NCBI GenBank assembly: GCA_002344135.1
Contig: DDTO01000008.1
Location: forward strand, 88,566 to 152,565
Length of the DNA: 64,000 bases
Source of the DNA: Chthonomonas sp. UBA2362
GTDB taxonomy: Bacteria; Armatimonadota; Fimbriimonadia; Fimbriimonadales; Fimbriimonadaceae
Reading direction: 5' to 3'
The first letter of the stretch is position 1, and the number at the start of each line of letters is the position of its first letter. Positions 19,500-27,059 of this stretch are shown here, in pieces. A model generated the notes under the pieces. It saw nothing but the letters and a program-made list of their open reading frames with translations, was not told where the DNA came from and searched no databases. A program made the translations under genes and the position numbers.

Positions 19500-20726
19500 C
19501 TAGGCCGGACCGATGGTCGTGGTGCTGACCTTATCCTCGGTGAGGATCCTTCCCGCCAACTCGGCGACCTGCTCGACGGTGACGGCCTCGATCTTGGCGA
19601 GCGTCTCCTCGATCGGCACCTCGCGCTCATGATTGAGTTCGTTCTTGGTCATCCGCATCATTCTCGCGCTCATCCCCTCCAGCGCGAGCACGAGGTTCCC
19701 GGAGACGTTCCGCTTCACCCGTTCGACCTCGTCTTCGCTGGGACCGTCCTCGATGAGGCGCCCGAATTCGACGCGCACCAGTTCCTGCACTTGGGGCCAG
19801 TACTCCTTCGCGGTGCCGCCGTAGACGGTGAGGGCGCCGCCCGACGAGTAGGACAGGCCGTAGCTGCCGATCGAGTACGCCAGTCCGCGCTTTTCGCGGA
19901 TTTCTTGGAACAGTCGGCTGCTCATCCCACCGCCGAGAATGCCGTCGAGAACCACCGACGTGTGGAGCTCGGCATCGTAAACCGAGGCGGAATCGGTGCC
20001 GATGCAAAAATGGACCTGTTCGATGGACTTGTGGACGTCGAGGGTTCCGGCCGATCCTTGAGGTCGCGGCGGCTGATCGTCCGCGGCGCCCGGCTGAATG
20101 CCGCCGAGCCACTCGCGGGCCATCCGAACGACGTCGTCGGGCTCGACGTAACCCGCGGCGGCGAGGACTACGTTCTCACCACGGTACTGCCGATCGATAT
20201 ATCGAACGATGTCGCTCCGCTCGAAACTGGAAACGGTTTCGCGCGTGCCGATCACCGGCTTTCCGAGCGGATGCTGCCCCCAGCGAGCCTGCATGTGGAG
20301 GTCGTGAACATGGTCGCCGGGCTCGTCCTCACCTCGCTTGATTTCCTCGAGGACGACCGTCTTCTCTCGTCCGATCTCTTCGGGGTCGAGCAGCGAGCCG
20401 GTCATCATATCGGCCAAGACGTCGACCGCGCACTCGGCGTCGCCAGCCAAGACGCGGCAGTAGTAGCAGGTCTGCTCCTTATCGGTGAAGGCGTTGAGCA
20501 TTCCGCCACGCCCTTCGATCGCCTCGGCGATCTGCTTGGCGTTGCGCCGCGACGTCCCCTTGAAGAGCATGTGCTCGATGAAGTGGGTAATCCCCTCTTC
20601 GCCGGGCTGTTCGTGCCGGCTGCCGGTCTTGCACCAAAGGCCGATCGCGACCGATCGGACGTGGTGGATGGGCTCGACGAGCACGCGGACACCGTTGTCG
20701 AGCTTTACTTTCGTGATTTCACCCAT
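19500..20726 (-). CDS. M16 family zinc metallopeptidase (pitrilysin-like)
   Basis: HFIEHMLFKGT (inverted HxxEH zinc motif) followed by NAFTDKEQTCYY. 408 aa. Confidence 0.9.
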   Translation of the reverse strand: MGEITKVKLDNGVRVLVEPIHHVRSVAIGLWCKTGSRHEQPGEEGITHFIEHMLFKGTSRRNAKQIAEAIEGRGGMLNAFTDKEQTCYYCRVLAGDAECAVDVLADMMTGSLLDPEEIGREKTVVLEEIKRGEDEPGDHVHDLHMQARWGQHPLGKPVIGTRETVSSFERSDIVRYIDRQYRGENVVLAAAGYVEPDDVVRMAREWLGGIQPGAADDQPPRPQGSAGTLDVHKSIEQVHFCIGTDSASVYDAELHTSVVLDGILGGGMSSRLFQEIREKRGLAYSIGSYGLSYSSGGALTVYGGTAKEYWPQVQELVRVEFGRLIEDGPSEDEVERVKRNVSGNLVLALEGMSARMMRMTKNELNHEREVPIEETLAKIEAVTVEQVAELAGRILTEDKVSTTTIGPA

Positions 20727-20738
20727 TCAGAGGGTTCA

Positions 20739-21797
20739 TTATGACCCTGGGTGACCGTGCTCCATCGCGACCCGCAGGTGCTCGGGTGCCGAGGCGCGGT
20801 TCTGGAGGCACCATTCGTCTGCCCAGGCGGCGCGCACCATCATGCTGTTGGCGATGTTCGGCAGAAGCAGCTTGTTGTAGATCGTGTTGGGCAGGAAGCA
20901 GCGAAACGCCAACTGTCCCCCATGGCAGCACCACGACCCGAGCATATGGGATCGTTTCCACTCCTTGCGTTCGTAATCGTTCAGTTCGAGCGCCAGGTGC
21001 GCGATGCGGCCCGGCTCTAGAAGAAGCGGGAGCGTCAGGGTGAAGTGGAGTCCGTTGCCGATCGCCGGATGCGGCTCCAGGGTCGTGACGTCCAGCACTG
21101 CCTGAGGCTCGCCGCCCATCGCATCATGCCCGGGACCGGTCCACCGGAAGGTCGCCTTGAGCCAATTCGTGTGATCCGATTGAACGGTCTCGGCCTCGCG
21201 TTCCATGAATCGCTCCGTCTCTTCCCACTCTTCGACCCCGATCCACCGGCTCGCCATCGCGCCTTGGGGCTTGAAGAACAACTCGCGGGATTGAAGCATC
21301 GGATCGGGCGTGGAGCGCAGGCCGCTGACGGGGTGGTCACTCATCGCGGGCACGGCGTGCTGCTGCCCGCGCGAAAGCTGGGTCGCGATTTCCTGCGCCT
21401 CCGCGACTTGGAGGGCGGCAGCGGCGAAGAAGGTCTTCTTGAGCCAATCGATGTTCTCCGGGCTCGCGTAAACGCTGCTGTGGAGGCGGAAAGTGTCGGT
21501 CGCCGCATCGTAGACGATCGCGCTGAACGTGCAGGCGTCGATTGCCGTCTCGAGGGCGAGCTCGAAATCCTCGTGGTGCCCGCGTCCCTTGATGAGATCG
21601 GTTTCGGCGTGCATGCGGTAGACCGCTTGAGCATTGTGATAGAGGCCGATATCGGCCCAAATGTGCTGAGCAAAACCCGAGGGCCACCATTGGAACCCGC
21701 GCGCCTCGTCCTTGCGCCAGCGGTCTTCGATGCGTAGGGCGTCGTGCACATCGCCGATGAGCGTAAGCCCCAAATCCGATCGTTCTTTCCAAGACAT
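20739..21797 (-). CDS. hypothetical protein
   Basis: 352-aa ORF, 12 nt downstream of the M16 peptidase gene on the same strand. Trp/His-rich, with no signal peptide and no motif I recognise. Confidence 0.5.
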   Translation of the reverse strand: MSWKERSDLGLTLIGDVHDALRIEDRWRKDEARGFQWWPSGFAQHIWADIGLYHNAQAVYRMHAETDLIKGRGHHEDFELALETAIDACTFSAIVYDAATDTFRLHSSVYASPENIDWLKKTFFAAAALQVAEAQEIATQLSRGQQHAVPAMSDHPVSGLRSTPDPMLQSRELFFKPQGAMASRWIGVEEWEETERFMEREAETVQSDHTNWLKATFRWTGPGHDAMGGEPQAVLDVTTLEPHPAIGNGLHFTLTLPLLLEPGRIAHLALELNDYERKEWKRSHMLGSWCCHGGQLAFRCFLPNTIYNKLLLPNIANSMMVRAAWADEWCLQNRASAPEHLRVAMEHGHPGS

Positions 21798-21973
21798 TTC
21801 GTTCGCCTCGCTACCGTGATTATATGTGCATTTTTGACGACTTGAGACGAATCTTGGATGCAGATTCGAACTGTTTATCCCCCTAAACCCGTCAAAATCT
21901 CTTTAATCACAGTGGAGGCGACCGGAACCTGGCCCTCTGACCGAACCTCGGGCACGGTTCTTGCCGTCCAACG

Positions 21974-24091
21974 ATGGAGGCGAGCCGCTGGCTCGTTCGG
22001 AGGAATTCTTTGGCTAAGTTTCTTGTCTATGCCGCCATTTTCGGCCTCGCGGTCACGGCATCCGCGCAGAGCAGGCTCAAGGTTTACGAGGAGCACTCCG
22101 GTGTAATGGAGTTTTCAGGCGAAATGATCGCCCGGCCCATGCTGCGCGAACAACTCCTCGCCCAGGTAGGTGCGAAGAACGCCGATAGGCTACTCTCGAG
22201 GGCCCGCTCTGTGGTGAAAGGGATGACGCTCCGCTACTACCGCGAAACCGACGAATACATTTTGCGAATTCCTTTCGGCTTCGACGAGAACTCGTTGTCG
22301 AGTTACCTGATGGGTCTCGGCGGGTTTCAGTATGTCGAACCGAACTACATTTGCTACCCGGTCTTGACGCCGAACGATCCGATGTACGGCAGCCAGTGGT
22401 GGCTGCCGAAAATCGAGGCCGCCCGCGCCTGGGACCGGTACACGGGACAGAGTTCGGTCGTCGCCGCGATTTGCGACACCGGATGCGACCTCGGCCATCA
22501 GGACCTTGCCGGGCGCTATGTCAGTGGCTACAACTCGGCCGACGACTTGCCGCAGTCGTTGGGCGGACAGGTCGGCAACCTCCACCCACACGGCACCCAC
22601 GTAGCCGGCATCGTGGGAGCCATCGGCAACAACGGCGTCGGCGTTTCGGGTGTGAATTGGAACGTTTCGATCATGCCGGTCCGTGTGAGCAATCAAACCT
22701 CGGGCAGTTCGAGTTACGAATTCCTCACTCGCGGCGCGCGATGGGCTGCCGAGAACGGCGCCAAGGTTATCAACACCAGCTACAGCGGCGTCTCGGGCGC
22801 GACGATCGGGACGACGGGAACCTACATCCGAAGCCTCGGCGCGCTCTATTTCTACGCGGCAGGCAACGATGGGGCGAACCTGAGCGGATTCGATCATGCC
22901 GACGTCGTCGTCGTCGGTGCCACCGACTCGGGTGATGCACGCGCGGGCTTCTCGGCGTACGGCCTCGCCGTCGACGTCTTCGCCCCCGGAGTCGACGTTC
23001 TGAGCACCATCCCCGGCAATGACTACGCCGCCTGGAGCGGCACGAGCATGGCCACGCCCGTCGCCTGCGGGATCGCCGGGCTGCTGTGGTCGGCCAATCC
23101 GAATCTAACCTCGCTGGAAGTAGAGCAGTTTCTTTCTACCGGCTGCGACGATCTCGGCCCTCCTGGCAACGACGTGGATTGGGGGTGGGGCCGAGTAAAC
23201 GCCTACCGCACTCTCGCCCAAGGCGTGGCTCAGATCAAGCAGAACCCGTCCACCGGCAACTATTACGAGCGGGTCACCGTACCGGGCAATGCGTCGAGCG
23301 CGAGCAATGCTGCCCAGAGTCGTTCGGTCTACGGTGTCGCCGGCCATCTCGCGACGATCACCAGTGCGGCCGAGAATCAGTGGATTCTCGCCAACCTCGA
23401 TGGCGATTACCTACGGGGTCACTGGCTGGGCGGCTACCAGCCGTTCGGCAGTCCGGAACCCGCCGGAAACTGGCGCTGGGTGACGAGCGAGCCGTGGTCG
23501 TACACGAACTGGAACCCGGGTGAGCCGAACAACGCGGGCGGCAACGAGGACTGGCTCGAATATTGGATCTCGGGCACCCTGGGCGGCTGGAACGACGCTG
23601 CATCGACTTCGGTCAGCCGTTCGACAGGCACCGGCTACGTCGTCGAGTACCCCGTGCCGGCGCCGGTGATGCTTTCGGGCACGGTCTCCCTTCAAGACTA
23701 TCTCGGCTCGACGAGCGGCGTGCCGGTCACGGTTCTCCTCAAGCAGGGCTCGACCGTGATCGCCTCCTACTCGACCACGACGACCGCGGGAGGCAACTGG
23801 TCGGTGGTGACTCCCTGGAAAGGGAACTACCGAATCCTCGTCAAGGCGTCTCACTGGCTGGCAGGGTTCTACGGAGTGGTCAACCTTTGGACGAGCAACG
23901 TTCCCGGCATCGTGACGAGCCTGGTCAACGGGGACGTGAACGGCGATAACTCCGTCGACATCGCGGACTATGCCCTTCTCTCCGGAGACTGGGGGATGGG
24001 GACGATCGGCGATCTCAACGGGGACGGCGACACGGACATCGGCGACTTCGCGATCCTGTCTGCACGGTTCGGGCTCGACGGGGACGAGTAG
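21974..24091 (+). CDS. S8 family serine peptidase with C-type-lectin-like insert and dockerin-type C-terminal cassette
   Basis: Signal peptide. Catalytic triad motifs AICDTGCD, HGTHVAGIVGA, SGTSMATPVACG. CTLD-like region with WNPGEPNN and GGWNDA. C-terminus GDVNGDNSVDIADYALLS...GDLNGDGDTDIGDFAILSARFGLDGDE. Confidence 0.9.
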   Translation: MEASRWLVRRNSLAKFLVYAAIFGLAVTASAQSRLKVYEEHSGVMEFSGEMIARPMLREQLLAQVGAKNADRLLSRARSVVKGMTLRYYRETDEYILRIPFGFDENSLSSYLMGLGGFQYVEPNYICYPVLTPNDPMYGSQWWLPKIEAARAWDRYTGQSSVVAAICDTGCDLGHQDLAGRYVSGYNSADDLPQSLGGQVGNLHPHGTHVAGIVGAIGNNGVGVSGVNWNVSIMPVRVSNQTSGSSSYEFLTRGARWAAENGAKVINTSYSGVSGATIGTTGTYIRSLGALYFYAAGNDGANLSGFDHADVVVVGATDSGDARAGFSAYGLAVDVFAPGVDVLSTIPGNDYAAWSGTSMATPVACGIAGLLWSANPNLTSLEVEQFLSTGCDDLGPPGNDVDWGWGRVNAYRTLAQGVAQIKQNPSTGNYYERVTVPGNASSASNAAQSRSVYGVAGHLATITSAAENQWILANLDGDYLRGHWLGGYQPFGSPEPAGNWRWVTSEPWSYTNWNPGEPNNAGGNEDWLEYWISGTLGGWNDAASTSVSRSTGTGYVVEYPVPAPVMLSGTVSLQDYLGSTSGVPVTVLLKQGSTVIASYSTTTTAGGNWSVVTPWKGNYRILVKASHWLAGFYGVVNLWTSNVPGIVTSLVNGDVNGDNSVDIADYALLSGDWGMGTIGDLNGDGDTDIGDFAILSARFGLDGDE

Positions 24092-24100
24092 AAAGGCCCG

Positions 24101-24300
24101 CCACGGGAAGACGGCCCCGATCCGGGGGCACGACCCATCCCCCGGCTACCTCCACATCGCCGGTAGCCCGCGGATGGTTTCTGCCGCGGGAAGACGGCCC
24201 CGATCCGGGGGCACGACCCATCCTCCGGCTACCTCCACATCGCCGGTAGCCCGCGGATGGTTTTTGCCGCGGGAAGACGGTTCTCACCCGGGGACATGCG
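24101..24300 (+). repeat. tandem 83-bp hairpin repeat, 2 full copies + 1 truncated head (locus B)
   Basis: CGGGAAG heads at 24104, 24187 and 24270 (exact 83-bp spacing). Copies 1 and 2 differ at 3 positions by my reading. Arms CCATCCCCCGGCTACC (24135-24150) and GGTAGCCCGCGGATGG (24162-24177) pair 14/16. Confidence 0.9.
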
Positions 24301-24519
24301 CTGAACGTCGACTTGAATCTCGCGATGCCCTTGGTCTCGGTGGGAAATACGGCCCTGGGGAGGCGACGCCGGAGGCGTCGAAGATGCGATAGCCCGGGGT
24401 CGAAGACCCCGGGAGGAGGAGTTCGCGATTTGAGCCGACCCCGAAGGGGTCGCAGAATCCGAGGCTCGGAGAATGTGTTGTGGCCCCCCTCCGGGGTGCG
24501 CCCGTCGGGGCGGCCCGCA

Positions 24520-24601
24520 TCCCCGGGGTCGTAACCGGGGGCACGACCCATCCCCCGGCTACCTCCCACACGCAGGTACCCCGCGCATCGGCCGTGCCCC
24601 C
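24520..24601 (+). repeat. divergent solo copy of the same repeat family, flanked by a 10-bp inverted repeat
   Basis: CCGGGGGCACGACCCATCCCCCGGCTACCTCC is shared with locus B. It is bracketed by CGGGGGCACG ... CGTGCCCCCG. Confidence 0.65.
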
Positions 24602-24659
24602 GAAAGACGGCGGCAAACCAGCCCTCCCCCCGCCGATCGCGTCTTTCGGCGCTCGCGCG

Positions 24660-24689
24660 GTAACAATCCAGGCCAGATCCTCGTATGAT
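24660..24689 (+). promoter_or_regulatory. candidate sigma70-type promoter for the CPPC protein gene
   Basis: GTAACA (24660-24665), 18-nt spacer, TATGAT (24684-24689), then CAGGAGG (24718-24724) 7 nt before ATG 24732. Read by eye only. Confidence 0.25.
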
Positions 24690-24731
24690 CTCAAAGGCTG
24701 ACTCGACAACAATGTTTCAGGAGGTTCGACA

Positions 24732-25277
24732 ATGATTCAAAAAGCACTCTTCGCCGCTCTGACGGTTTCCGCGATCGCCCTTCCCGCGTTCGCCGCCAAC
24801 TCCGGGCTCGCCGTCGGCGAGGCCGTTACCCCGTTCCACCCGGCACACATTACCGGCCCCAACAAGGGCACGACCGCATGCCCGCCCTGCACCTACGGCA
24901 ACCGCCCGCAGGTCCAGGTTTGGGTGAACGGTGATTCGCTCGAGAACGTGGCCAAGATCGCTGGCGTCCTGAACAAGACCGCCGCTTCGAACAAGGAGTT
25001 CAAAGGGTTCGTGATCTTCCTCACCAGCGACAAGCCCGCGACCGAAAAGGCCATCGTCGAAGCCAACAAGAAGCTCGGCTACGACGCGATCGCGATGGCG
25101 ACTCTCGCCCCCGGTGACTCGGCGGTGAAGAACTACAAGGTCAACGTCGCTTCCGAAGTCAAGAACACGGTCTTCGTGTACAAGGACAAGAAGGTCACCG
25201 CTAAGTTCGTGAACCTCGAGGCCAACGAGAAGGGCCTCGGCCAGCTGAACGAGGCGATCGCCAAGATCACCAACTAA
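24732..25277 (+). CDS. secreted thioredoxin-fold-like protein with CPPC motif (hypothetical)
   Basis: Strong SD. Signal peptide MIQKALFAALTVSAIALPAFA. TACPPCTYGN is a CxxC redox-type motif. Strongly biased codons (AAG, AAC, GTC, ATC), followed by a clean terminator. Confidence 0.7.
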   Translation: MIQKALFAALTVSAIALPAFAANSGLAVGEAVTPFHPAHITGPNKGTTACPPCTYGNRPQVQVWVNGDSLENVAKIAGVLNKTAASNKEFKGFVIFLTSDKPATEKAIVEANKKLGYDAIAMATLAPGDSAVKNYKVNVASEVKNTVFVYKDKKVTAKFVNLEANEKGLGQLNEAIAKITN

Positions 25278-25289
25278 GGTTCGGCCCAC

Positions 25290-25330
25290 GACCCGCCCCT
25301 TCTTTTGCGAGGGGCGGGTCGCCCGTTTTT
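25290..25330 (+). terminator. intrinsic terminator
   Basis: ACCCGCCCCT-loop-AGGGGCGGGT stem followed by GCCCGTTTTT. Confidence 0.7.
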
Positions 25331-25374
25331 AGGGGTCGCCGCATACGACGCCGGTCTTGCATCTCGTGAGAGGC

Positions 25375-25770
25375 ATGACTGGCCTACTTCGGCTCTTTCT
25401 CGCGCTCGTCGCCATTGTCGCTGTCTGGGGATGCCGCTCGCTCGGAGTTTCGGGTGAGTACCAAGCCTATCATCCCGATGGGAGCATCCGGACACTCCAC
25501 GTTCGAGGAGACACGTTGAGGCTCGAGATGTCGACACCGGCTTACGGAACGGTGCACATCGCTACCGCGCGCTTTCGTCGAGAAGGTGATCAGTTGATCT
25601 TCGTCGAAGACCTTGAAACCGGCGTAGGATCGGACATGCTCATCAAGGCCGACGACGCCGAAGCCACCATCACGGTCGAGGACGGGGGCCGGGTCATCGC
25701 CTTTCGAGGCAGCGTGGACCAGGGTTGGTTCGGTCGCCAAGACATGGAGATCGTCTTTCGCAAGAAGTGA
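25375..25770 (+). CDS. hypothetical lipoprotein
   Basis: MTGLLRLFLALVAIVAVWGCRS (lipobox VWGC). The start is uncertain (TTG 25357, GTG 25366 or ATG 25375). The stop abuts the stop of the convergent phosphoesterase gene with no spacer. Confidence 0.5.
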   Translation: MTGLLRLFLALVAIVAVWGCRSLGVSGEYQAYHPDGSIRTLHVRGDTLRLEMSTPAYGTVHIATARFRREGDQLIFVEDLETGVGSDMLIKADDAEATITVEDGGRVIAFRGSVDQGWFGRQDMEIVFRKK

Positions 25771-26586
25771 CTATCTGGTGAGTTGTAACACCGCCACTTC
25801 CGGCCGGCAGAACAGGCGCGAAGGCGGCCCGGTCGTCCCGACCCCTCGCGTGACGAAAAGCGGTGTCGAGGCCTCCGGATAGTAGCCTCGGACATAGCGC
25901 CGCCCATTCTCGGTGGACATCGGCGCCCAACCCCACGGGGCGAGGAATTGGCCGCCGTGGCTGTGCCCGGCAAGCATCAGCGAAGCGCCTGGCGGAAGGG
26001 TGGCGACGAGGTCGGGCTCGTGCCAAACGACGATGGACGGTTCGCTGGCGTCGGCGGGAATGTCCCCGAACGCCGCTGAGGGGTCGGCATAACCGGCGTT
26101 GAACGAGTCGATCCCGACCCAGCGGATGCCCTGGCTCAGCCAGGAGGAGTTGCGAAGAAGCCGAATGTTCAGCGCGCCGCAGATCGCGCCGAGGAGATCG
26201 GCATCGCCGTACCCGAGGTAGTCATGGTTGCCGGGAACCGCGACCACGCGTCCCTCCATGAGCAGGAGCGGCTCGAGCACGTCGCCCACCATCCTCGGCG
26301 AGGACTCGGTCCAGTGGCCGACGAAATCTCCGGCGATCACGACGACGTCCGGCTCGGCATCGAGCGCCGCCGCGATCGCTCGTTCGGCCAGTTCGGCGCT
26401 GTGCCGATCGCGGAGGTGGAAGTCGGCGAGCAGGGCTACCGTGAATCCGTTCAGCCGCTCGGGCCAGCGCGGTAACCTGATCCTGTATCGCTCGAGGGTG
26501 AGCCGCTTGGATTCTACGAGGGCTCCGTAGGCGAGCACGCCGAGGCCGGCCGCCCCGAGGCCGAAGAGGCAGCGCCCCAGTTTCAT
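25771..26586 (-). CDS. metallophosphoesterase
   Basis: From ATG 26586: MKLGRCLFGLGAAGLGVLAYG (TM), LADFHL, AGDFVGH, PGNHDY, GHSHGGQ. 4-nt overlap with the queD stop. Confidence 0.8.
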   Translation of the reverse strand: MKLGRCLFGLGAAGLGVLAYGALVESKRLTLERYRIRLPRWPERLNGFTVALLADFHLRDRHSAELAERAIAAALDAEPDVVVIAGDFVGHWTESSPRMVGDVLEPLLLMEGRVVAVPGNHDYLGYGDADLLGAICGALNIRLLRNSSWLSQGIRWVGIDSFNAGYADPSAAFGDIPADASEPSIVVWHEPDLVATLPPGASLMLAGHSHGGQFLAPWGWAPMSTENGRRYVRGYYPEASTPLFVTRGVGTTGPPSRLFCRPEVAVLQLTR

Positions 26587-27038
26587 GCCTCCACTTCCGC
26601 CCACGAGTTGGGGGTCTCCCACACCCGGACCCGATCGAGTCGCACCCGGCCAGGGGGGATGCGGTAGCCATCGCCCTCGAACCCCTCGCGGAGGACGCAC
26701 GAAACGAAATCGAAGAGATCATGGGCGATGACCTCCGTCGTCGGGTCGCGATTCTCGAAGACGACGACTCCATCCGGGTGAGTCTCGCGCAGAGCGGGCA
26801 AAAGGGGGTCTTCCGAGTTCGCCGCCATCGCATGATCGTACCGCTGGACATAATCTCCCACGGCAAGCTTGAGGGCCTTGAAGTCGCAGACCATGTCGTT
26901 CTCGTCGAGGGACTCGGCGCTGACGACGACCTCGATCCGCCGGGTATGCCCGTGCGGGTAGCGGCACGCCTCGGGGTGCTTGCTGAGCATGTGCCCCGAC
27001 TCGACCGTGAACGTTCGGCAGACGCGAAACCTCGCCAC
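26583..27038 (-). CDS. queD: 6-carboxy-5,6,7,8-tetrahydropterin synthase family (QueD/PTPS)
   Basis: MARFRVCRTFTVESGHML...CRYPHGHTRRIEVVV...DFKALK. These are the PTPS/QueD His triad and Cys context. Confidence 0.8.
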   Translation of the reverse strand: MARFRVCRTFTVESGHMLSKHPEACRYPHGHTRRIEVVVSAESLDENDMVCDFKALKLAVGDYVQRYDHAMAANSEDPLLPALRETHPDGVVVFENRDPTTEVIAHDLFDFVSCVLREGFEGDGYRIPPGRVRLDRVRVWETPNSWAEVEA

Positions 27039-27059
27039 GACCGAGATTGTACTGCCGGG

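Noticed and set aside
19023-19630. Cluster of 88-143-aa ORFs over the locus A repeats (peptides containing PGYLP, GRRP, etc.); similar clusters at 23970-24712 and 62731-63000
   Set aside because: The same peptide strings reappear wherever the nucleotide repeat occurs, in several frames and on both strands. They are translation artefacts of the repeat.
24101-24300. Possible CRISPR array (regularly spaced repeats with palindromic cores)
   Set aside because: The 83-bp units are directly contiguous and nearly identical over their full length, so there are no unique spacers. No cas genes are nearby, and the same unit occurs as solo or inverted copies elsewhere. It is a tandem or dispersed repeat, not a CRISPR.
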